Shown piece after piece: positions 1 to 8,387 of a stretch of DNA of 64,000 nucleotides. The notes under the pieces are model-generated. The model was not told where the DNA came from, did no database searches, and worked only from the letters and a program-made list of their open reading frames with translations. Source of the DNA: Lama glama (lineage: Eukaryota); NCBI GenBank assembly GCA_028534125.1, contig CM052816.1:55616001-55680000 (forward strand). The letters are read 5' to 3'. Made by a program: the position numbers and the translations under genes. Numbering within the stretch: position 1 is the stretch's first letter; every line of letters begins with the position of its first letter.

Positions 1-2178
1 ACACCACAACTGGGATATACAGAGCAAGAAAGAGAGAGAGACTGATTATACTGATGCCATTTATTAAGTTAGCATTTATTAAATACACATCCCAAGTCAT
101 ATAGCTATTAAGGGTGAAACCACTAGGATTCATACCAAGGGACTTTGGGCTTGCTCACTCTAAACAAATTAAGAATCATCACAGTAGCAGAAACTATATG
201 ATTATTTAATAGGTCTGACAGGAACATTAAGCCAGACAGGCTAATATGATCAATTAGTAGTCAAAAGTGGGGGGTGGGAAGCAAAAAAAAAAAACCCATT
301 CAAAAGGGCAAGCAGTACACGCTAAATTGGAAAGGGCTTACAGACGCATTTTAAAATCTTTTAAATTTCTGAACTTCATTTAGGGGATATGCTGAATGTC
401 ACACACATGGTAGTAACATTCCCTCCACCCCACCCCCCCAAAAAGGAGAGAGATCTATCAATTCATAATACTTTTAACATGACAGCACATTAATAAGTTT
501 ATATAACTTGGTGGAAAGAGAAGAGCAAACAGGACAATACTTTTTCCTTTAAAATTCCAGATAGCCACTGTTTTAACTAAAAAGACCTGGGGCAAATGGC
601 CTGCAAGGATCAGTATAAGTAGAATTAGATAACAGGATTAGAGGAGAGGATTTATCACTGTCAGGTGACAGGAGTACAAGTTACCTTTCAGTTTACAGAA
701 CACTAGTTCAACTCTTACAGTTACCTGTATATCTTTCTCACCTTGTTTTCTGTTACAATCTCCTTTAATGCAGACTCCAACTTCTCCCCTCTTTTTTTTT
801 TACCTTTCACTATTTTAAAATCACCCACAATAGTCAGCATGATATCCTGCATACTGTATGCTTCTTGAATTAAATTATTAATTGAAAGATAAGGTAAAAT
901 ACATTTTAATTCTATTGAATGCCTTCTATGTGCTGAGCACTACTCTGAGGACTAAAAATAGAAAAAAGTTACAAAAAATGGCTAAAAAATTTTAAAAACT
1001 CAAGTTTTAGTGGAAGAAAATAATATATGCAGTCTAATACATCAATTTAAACATTTATCATGTGCTATGCCTTTGAAAAGAAGTAGTATCTGTGTGGTAC
1101 TTGACAATGAGATTTTCATACATGTTAAATGATTTTTCCCTTCGGAATGTCCCCTCTCCTGCCCTTACAGTTAGAAACATACTATAATGCAAATTATATA
1201 TATATGAGATATGTCTATCATTTCTAGGCAGCCTCCCACTCCCAACAAATCACAGAAGGGGTAGACTTATATTCCACAATTTCAGGAAGAGTTGATTAGA
1301 GCATTGGCTGGCCAACTTCACCTGTTTCTTTTAAGAATCTGAACTAAGAGACACTGAGAGAGCCCTGAAACTGAGGGTAGTTAAACCAATTTGGACAACA
1401 TGCAAGATAAGAGCTGAAAAAGACAAGGGAATTGAGATTAAGAACACAGAAAACACACAGATGAAAGATACCATGAGGCCCCAGAGATGAACACAAAAAC
1501 ACCAAGTCCTCATTTTCCAAGTTTCCAACATGTACGAGGCCTGGCTGAGGAGTCAGAGATCACAGTAACATTTCTTTACTTGAATTACCACCAATGTATC
1601 TCTACCTCCTTCAGTCAAAAGAATCTTGATAAGACAGGTAACAGTAAAGTATCTAACTGGTCAACCAAAATAAACTGACGGCTATTCCCAATGTGGTTCA
1701 TTCTGAAACTGTAACCTCCTACTACAATCTCCTTCCAATAGCTTGCTAAAATGCCATCCTATCACCATCCTCTGTCTTCAGTGGTGACGGGGGACCCGGA
1801 CATACTACTGGGCAGTGTAAACTAATGCAACCTTTACGATGACAATTTGACAGTATTGCACTGTAAAATGTACATATTCTCTATTTCAGCAGCCCACTGT
1901 TGGGAATTTATGCCCCAAAAAGAGCTAGACAAGTACACAAAAATAAACTAATGTTTCCTTATAGCATTTTTGTAATCTCAAAAAAATGAAAATTTTTGAT
2001 TGTCCATCAAAAGACGAATTCTATGCAGGCATTAAAAAGAATGCTATGAAATGGATGGTCACAATATACTGTTAAATTAAAAATGCAATTTGCAAATGGT
2101 ATAGTCTCTCTCTCTTTCTCTCCCTCACCCCCGCCCCCATATATATACACACACAGAAACATGCACAGAGATACTCAC

Positions 2179-2636
2179 ACAGATCGTCCAGTCTTTGAAT
2201 GATGATGGGGTTATGTCCCAATAAACCCATTGTAAGTTGAAAATACATTAAGTAGCAAATGTATTTAATACTCCTACTGGATAACAGAGCTTAGCCTAGC
2301 CTACTTTAAACATGCTCAGAACACTTACAATAGCATGTAGTTGGGCAAAAATCATCTAACACAAGGCCTATTTTACAAAAAAGTGTTGAATATCTTATGT
2401 AATTTATTTAGTAACAAAAGTGAAAAGTATAGAATGGTTGTGTGTTAGTTGTTCACCCTCATGATCACGTGGCTCATTAGGCCCTGTGACTCAGAAGAAT
2501 CACACCATAGGTTGCTAGCCCAGGAAAAAGTCAAATTTCAGAATTCAAAGTACAGTTTCTACTGAATGTTATTGCTCCCACACCATCATGAAGTCTAAGA
2601 ATAATAAATTGAACCAATTTAAGTAGGGGACTGTCC
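2179..2636 (+). mobile_element. Tigger3/MER7-like DNA transposon remnant
   Basis: GATGGGGTTATGTCCCAATAAACCCATTGTAAGTTGAAAAT resembles the Tigger3 left end, and there is a degenerate right TIR. Confidence 0.7.
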
Positions 2637-2714
2637 ATATACATTTATATTCTGAAAAATATAAATAGCACTCTTAGGGAAAAACAGAAGAGAAATGCTT
2701 AAAAAAGCAAGTAT

Positions 2715-3180
2715 ATTCCTATCTCAGTATCTCAGGGGACCGGTTACAGGACCCCCTGCAGACGCCAAAATCCTTGAATACTCAGAACTCTTATGTGAAA
2801 CGGTGCAGTATTTGTATAACCAAATCAGAGCCTCCTACATACTGTAGTTTTAAAAAATTTTTATACCAGTTGTTAGTTTTTATTTCATATAAAAAGAACA
2901 TGGAGTTTACCAAAAAAGAAAAGAAGTATTCTGTGAAGAGATACATGACTTGAATTCTTATCCATTGCTAAAGTCAGAGTCTCCTGTAACACTTTAAATC
3001 ACCTCTAGCCTACTTGTAACACCTCATACAATGTCAGTGCTATGTAAATAGTTGCTGGTGGGCAGCAAATTCAACTTTTGCTTTTGGGAACTTTCTGGAA
3101 TTTGTTTTCTGAATATTTTCAATCTGAGGTTGGTTGAAATGGCAAATGTGGAGCCCACAGACATGGAAGGCTGGTTGTAC
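2715..3180 (+). mobile_element. MER2-like Tigger MITE interrupted by a ~135 bp insert
   Basis: The segments CAGGACCCCCTGCAGACGCCAAAATCC, CTTTAAATCACCTCTAG and GGTTGGTTGAA match the MER2 layout. Confidence 0.7.
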
Positions 3181-3941
3181 TGTATTTCGCTGCTTCAAGA
3201 ATACCCGTTTTTTCATATTTTAACATATCTAAAACTGGGACGCTTCTTCCTGTAATCCTTATCAGTGAGACAGCAGTTGTGACATAACTGTCACGACCCA
3301 CGCATCAAAGCATGGATAGGTATCAACAGTTTGGGGAAGACAGCTCTGAAGACAATGATGGGGCATTTTAAAGAAATTTTGTAATCAATTCTCTTGATAA
3401 TAAAGAGGAAAATCCATGGGAAAACAGGGACATTATCAATGCTAAGTTGAAAATTAATTTAGAAGACTCTAAAGAGATTAACTAGCCTTTAATTTATATA
3501 ATTTATAATTACCTTTTCTTCTATCACAAAAGTGATACATACACACTTGCACACCCATACTCACAGGGATATAATTTTTTTTCCTATGCAAAATGGTACA
3601 AAGAAGATAATTCAAGTGGTCCACAATTTCACTACCCCGGAATTATTCAAGACATTAAAATAGGGCAAAAAAAATCAGTTGTATTATTCACAGGCTATAG
3701 TTTGCTCATCTGTATTTTACTTTTTAAACTGTGACTATTCATAGATAATTACCTCTATTTCATAGATTAGTATCTCTAAATTTGCAAAATCATGTTTCTT
3801 ATGTAAATCCCCAATTTTTAACTGGTTGTGTTTCAGTTGGGAACAACATTATAAAGATAATAAAGAATTTCCAGGTTAGCTAAAAAGGACTATTTAACTC
3901 AAAATGCAGCTTCAACATAATAAATACAGAACCTGTAAGTT

Positions 3942-4163
3942 TTGTTATGGACTAAATTGTGTTCCCGCCAAATTCATATTTGAAGACTTAACTCTCATTG
4001 TGACTATATGTGGAAACAGGGCCTATAAGGAGGTAATTAAGGTTAAGTGAGGCCATAAGGGCAAGGTCTTAATCCAACACGGCTGGTGTTCTTATAAGAA
4101 AAGGAAAAGGGACCAGAGTCACCCAGTCTGTTGTATTTTGTTATGGCAGCATAAATTGACTAA
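3942..4163 (+). mobile_element. MLT1 (MaLR) LTR with an internal deletion
   Basis: Starts TGTTATGGACTAAATTGTGTTCCC, contains GGTAATTAAGGTTAAGTGAGG, and ends near TTTTGTTATGGCAGC. Confidence 0.75.
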
Positions 4164-4479
4164 TGAAGGCACTTTACAGCATCATTTTAAAAAATTAGAC
4201 AATGTCTTCAGTTTCAACACGGGACATCCTCTCCTGCTGTAGTTCTAGCATCAAGGAGAAATATTTCCTTCTATGCCTCTACTTCCTGATCAGTACAATT
4301 GCAAAATCCTCAGTTCCAACACCTTTGGGTTTTTGGCTTCTGTGTCACTGCAGTAGGAGTGGAGGGCAGGCAGGAAGGCTTTGAGACTGGTGTTTAGTGG
4401 AGAAAAAGGGAGAATGAGAGGAGGTGGGAGATGAGGAGACAGAAGAGAAACTGAAGAACTCTAGTGTGATGAGAATCAA

Positions 4480-5010
4480 CACTCAGTCAGGATAGCTGCG
4501 CTCAAACCGCAACTATGCTCTTCACTGCTGTATGATCTTTGAAAAGTTGTTTAACTTCTGTACGTTCAGTTTCTTCATGTGAAATGTTAGAAATAGCAAT
4601 AATAATATAAATAAAATTGCAATAATAAATTCTACATTGGGGTTAAATAAGACAGCATACATGTCAGGGCTGGGTAAATGAAAAATGTTCAAAATCATTA
4701 GTTGAATTAAGAGCATAGTCACTCTGATATACTCATCTATAGGATATATTATTTATTTACACAATTATTCCTGCTTTTAGAGGTATTCTGAAGAAAAGGA
4801 TATGATCTTTAAAATCAGATAGGCCTGTGTTCAAATCCTAACTCTGACATTTAGCAGCTATTTGACACTGGGTAAGTTTTAGCTGCACTAACAAGTTACT
4901 GAGCTTTAGTTTCACTCATTACCCTTAAAATGAAGCCAACAATGCTCACCTTACGTTGCTTATAAGGAGTAAGTTAGATCAGGTATGTAAAGTGCCTGGC
5001 CAAGGCTAAG
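4480..5010 (+). mobile_element. Two MIR SINE fragments
   Basis: MIR core-like motifs TTCAAATCCTAACTCTGAC, CAGTTTCTTCATGTGAAATG and TGTAAAGTGCCTGGC. Confidence 0.6.
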
Positions 5011-5059
5011 ATTTAATACTGTAAAGATGTTATTTTCTTCCCAAATTAAGTGCATTCTT

Positions 5060-5560
5060 AATCCAAATTTCAATAGAATGTTTCATGCAATTTGACAAGG
5101 TGTTCTAAAATTCACCTGGAAAAGAAGGTATACAAAAATATCCAAATGAAAAAGAACATCAGTAGTTTTGCTGTTACACATATGAAAATAGTATAAAGTT
5201 AAGTAATTAAAACAGTATGGAATTAGCATAGGTATAGACAAATAGATCAATGAAAAAGAATGGAGTCCAGAAACAGACCTAGGTATATTGAGATTTTGCA
5301 TATCAGATAAATATAAGGGTAAAAATAGGCTATTATAATTAAATAAAGTGTTGAGTGAAATGGCTGTCCTTTAAAAACAATTAAACTCCTACTTCATTTC
5401 ATAAACAAAAATAAATCCCAGGTGGATTCAAGTTCTAAAAGTTGAAAAAAAAAAAGGGAACTCCTAAAAGTGAAAATATGGAACACTTAACAAAATAGTT
5501 GGGGAAGGCTCTAAGTAAGAGAGAAAACTCAGAGGCTTTCACTCTTACCATAGAATAAAA
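5060..5560 (+). mobile_element. Old L1 ORF2 3' fragment
   Basis: ATTCACCTGGAAAAG, AGTAATTAAAACAGTATGG and GAGTCCAGAAACAGACC are typical of L1 ORF2. Confidence 0.65.
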
Positions 5561-5673
5561 AGAAAACTCATGTATTTTATATATTCTTGTATTGCAATTT
5601 CTTCCCATTAACAGAAATGAAGAGCATCCCAATCCGTAATGTGATATTTTAATCAGTATACAAAAATCCTACA

Positions 5674-5818
5674 GGGGGAGAGTATAGCTCAGTGGTAGAG
5701 TGCATGCTTAGCATGCACACGGTCCTGGGTTCAATCCCCAGTACCTTCACTGAAAAAAAAAAAAATTAATTAATTAAAAATACCTAAATAAACCTAATTA
5801 CATGCCCCCCCCCAAAAA
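5674..5818 (+). mobile_element. tRNA-derived SINE (camelid vic-1-like)
   Basis: A box TAGCTCAGTGG, B box GGTTCAATCC and an A-rich tail. ACAAAAATCC is repeated at 5660 and 5819. Confidence 0.85.
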
Positions 5819-6699
5819 ACAAAAATCCGTCTGTACTTAAAAACATTTTTCAAATAGTCTTGTAAGGACAGAGAGACAATGGGGCAAAATCTTTTTTAAA
5901 AAGGCAATTTCTCTCACATGAATTCTAAATACAATGAAACAATTTTCTACTAATTAAGTCTGCACTTACTTAGTGATGTGTTGGTGGTTACAACCACACA
6001 ACTTAGAAATGCAAAAAATATAATAGAAAGTTCAATTTAAAAATAAACATACTATGCTTCCATGATTCTAAACTGCATTAATGAATTGGATTTCTTAATA
6101 GTTCGTAATTATTTACTTAAAGCTAATGACCTTTTAAAACCTAGACCTTAAAAGAATCAGAGATAGGATGTCAACTATATTAGGTAACTGGAAGGCAAAG
6201 CAAAAATTGATACAATATTCAACATTCTAAAGGTATAATTTAGTAATTCAATAAAGAGGGGGAAGTGTGCTAAGTGGGTTTTTGTCCTTTTTCACTTTTG
6301 AATGACAAAATTGGGATTATGTTTTAAGTAACATGTTGAGAAAAAGGTATTTTCAAAGGCTTTCTCTCAAAGTTTTATTCATCTGAATGGCTCTCAATTA
6401 TGCATTGTCACTTGAATTCACAATGGAAAAACGATTTGTAACTTACAACAGATCTAGCATCTTTAAGTGTCAATTTAGGAAAATAAAAGATATCATATGT
6501 ACTCCTTAGAGACACTTTCTTTTCATCATTCCATTTTTTCCTAAAGATTCCAGTTAGGCTGATCTCTATCACTACCAGAGCTATTTCTGGCCATTCTGCC
6601 TTTTCCCCTAAATTCAAAACTTCACGTCTATCCTCTCACCACCCACCGTAAGCAGGTATTCTTTCTAAGTGTTTAATAAGGAGTTTTACTGTTGGCAAT

Positions 6700-7205
6700 T
6701 ATTAGGAAATTATCAGGACTGAAAAGTAGCCAACAAGATAAAAGAACTGAAGCTACAAAGTTAAAGACCTCATAAAAGTTATCCTTAAAAGTTCTGTGCA
6801 AAAAGACAACCTACACAACATCTGTTAGATCTTCTTTGCGTTCCCACTAATCAATTATAGCCTTAAGACAAGGCCAGACTCCAATTGCATAATCCCTTAT
6901 TATTCAATAAGATTGTTGCCCTTTAGTCTTTGTTACAAAAGAAAGTTTCGATTTCAACCTTTCCGATCTTTCAGACAGAAGTAGGTCATTAGAGATGGTT
7001 AACCTGGGTCTCAGGAAGACACTCATTTACAACTAAGAGAAAACTCCAAGCTCTCATCAAACATTATTTTACTTTAAAAACTCTCCAACGTCCCTTATTC
7101 TCTGACATCTTCCAAATTACTTTGCACAAAGTAAAAACTCTGTAAAGCTAACAACGTGAAGTTCTTGGTCTGGTGAGAAGGAACTAAGAATTTTTCTTTC
7201 AAAAA
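6700..7205 (+). mobile_element. Possible old ERV LTR abutting the CpG island
   Basis: The 3' end looks LTR-like (AGTAAA...GGAACTAAGAATTTTTCTTTCAA). The family is not identified. Confidence 0.3.
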
Positions 7206-7613
7206 CAGGTAACATCAAGTGTGAAGTCTAACTTCCAAAGAGCGAGATGGAAGACCTTCGAAATTTGCAGAGGCGGTATGACCGTAAGAAACGCCCTTGT
7301 CATTACAGAGGTCGCAAACCTCTGGCCCGCGGTTGAGGCAGAAGCGCCCGTAGACTTCTGCCCGGGCATGCCGCAAGATGCTCCCGGGCTTTCGGGAAGC
7401 CACCATGGAGGGCAGGCCCGGCATCCTCAGCAGTTATCTCACGTCGGGCCCGCAAGCCCAACAGGTTCGTCATAAACACTGTAGGCAGAGACAAAAGCGC
7501 GACCAAGGGGACGGGTCACGCAACTGTCAAACGAAGCCCACTCTCCCCTTGACGGTCCCCAAGGCGACAAGCCTTCCCGGCGCGGATCACTCACCAGTTG
7601 CCTCAGGGTCGCG

Positions 7614-7675
7614 ACTACAGCTCCCAGGAGGCTGCGCGGCTGACGGAGCAGCGCCCTTCCCAGGATGCAGCACGG
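7614..7675 (+). promoter_or_regulatory. Two ZNF143/SBS-type motifs (ACTACAnnTCCCA class)
   Basis: ACTACAGCTCCCAGGAGGCTGCGCG starts at 7614 and TTCCCAGGATGCAGCACG starts at 7657. This motif class is enriched at bidirectional promoters. Confidence 0.7.
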
Positions 7676-7750
7676 CGGCGTCCCCATCCCTCCTTCTCCT
7701 TTGTCTGCTCCTCCTACTTTTCTACCCGGCGTCACCCGGGAGGGCCGGAG
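7665..7750 (+). CDS. CERT1: Putative upstream coding exon of an N-terminally extended CERT1/GPBP isoform ([28 protein letters not shown])
   Basis: ATG at 7665 opens a frame to a consensus donor GAG|GTAAGT at 7750/7751. Splicing to the AG at 7989-7990 stays in frame with CERT1. The peptide resembles the recalled N-terminus of the long human isoform (MQHS...VTRESRRGLSS). Confidence 0.6.
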
Positions 7751-7799
7751 GTAAGTAGCGGGAGGGGACTCCGCGCTTCGGCGTGTCGCGTCAGACGCT

Positions 7800-7880
7800 G
7801 GGAGGGGGACGGGGCGGGGAGCGGGGGGAGAATGGGAGGACGAAGGGGAGGGGAGAGGGGAGGGGAGGGTAAATAGTGGG
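7800..7880 (+). promoter_or_regulatory. G-rich purine tract with Sp1 GC box and TATA-like element
   Basis: GGGGCGGGG at 7811-7819, many G3-G6 runs, and TAAATA at 7870-7875. Confidence 0.65.
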
Positions 7881-7889
7881 CCAGGCAGG

Positions 7890-7900
7890 AAGATGGCGGC
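7890..7900 (+). promoter_or_regulatory. YY1 motif near the likely main CERT1 TSS
   Basis: AAGATGGCGGC matches the YY1 consensus. Confidence 0.7.
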
Positions 7901-7916
7901 GGTAGCGGAGGTGTGA
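7893..7916 (+). other. 7-codon uORF (MAAVAEV*) in the CERT1 leader
   Basis: aagATGg is a strong Kozak context. The sequence ATG GCG GCG GTA GCG GAG GTG TGA is in the same frame as the CERT1 CDS. Confidence 0.55.
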
Positions 7917-7990
7917 GTGGACCCTGATCTCTGCAGCTCGATTTTTCTCTTCTTCCTCCCCTTTTCGTTTCCCCTGAGGTTGGCATCGAG

Positions 7991-8291
7991 GGGGCTGAGT
8001 TCAGGTGGCGGCCCCGGGCGCAGCGCAGGGGTCACGGCAACGGCGGCGGCGGCTGACGCCTGGAAGGGCAGGGTTCCCTCGCCGCTCGTCCTCCTTCCCC
8101 GGTCCGCTTGGTGTCAGGAGCGGCGGCGGCGGCGCGGCGGGCGGACTTCGTCCCTCCGCCAGCTCCCTCCTGCACCGGAGCAGGCACTCCTTCCTTCGCC
8201 ATCCCCCGACCCTTCACCCCGGGGACTGGGCTCCTCCTCCGGCGCAGCTCAGGGAGCGGGGGCCGGTCTCCTGCTCGGCTGTCGCGCCTCC
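7991..8291 (+). CDS. CERT1: In-frame N-terminal extension of CERT1 (5' UTR in the canonical isoform)
   Basis: ORF 7917..8534 has no stop before the canonical ATG. A pyrimidine tract at 7942-7975 is followed by AG acceptors at 7977-78 and 7989-90. The peptide reads [22 protein letters not shown]...LLLGCRAS. Confidence 0.55.
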
Positions 8292-8387
8292 ATGTCGGAT
8301 AACCAGAGCTGGAACTCGTCAGGCTCGGAGGAGGATCCGGAGACGGAGTCCGGACCGCCCGTGGAGCGCTGCGGGGTCCTCAGCAAG
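8292..8387 (+). CDS. CERT1: Ceramide transfer protein CERT1, first canonical coding exon ([32 protein letters not shown])
   Basis: Recognisable CERT N-terminus, 96 nt long, ending at donor AAG|GTGAGC. Confidence 0.97.

Larger units (their letters stand above)
7595..7760 (-). other. POLK: POLK non-coding exon 1 (5' UTR); 5' end approximate; intron 1 runs from 7594 towards position 1
   Basis: A minus-strand donor CTG|GTGAGT is present (plus-strand ACTCAC at 7589-7594). The sequence resembles the recalled POLK 5' UTR and fits the known synteny with CERT1. No POLK coding exon is seen in the window. Confidence 0.75.

Noticed and set aside
5674..5746. tRNA gene
   Set aside because: It has A and B boxes but continues into an A-rich tail with flanking repeats, and related copies occur elsewhere in the window. 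It is a SINE.
1..7594. POLK coding exons
   Set aside because: No Y-family polymerase sequence was recognised. The region appears to be intron 1.
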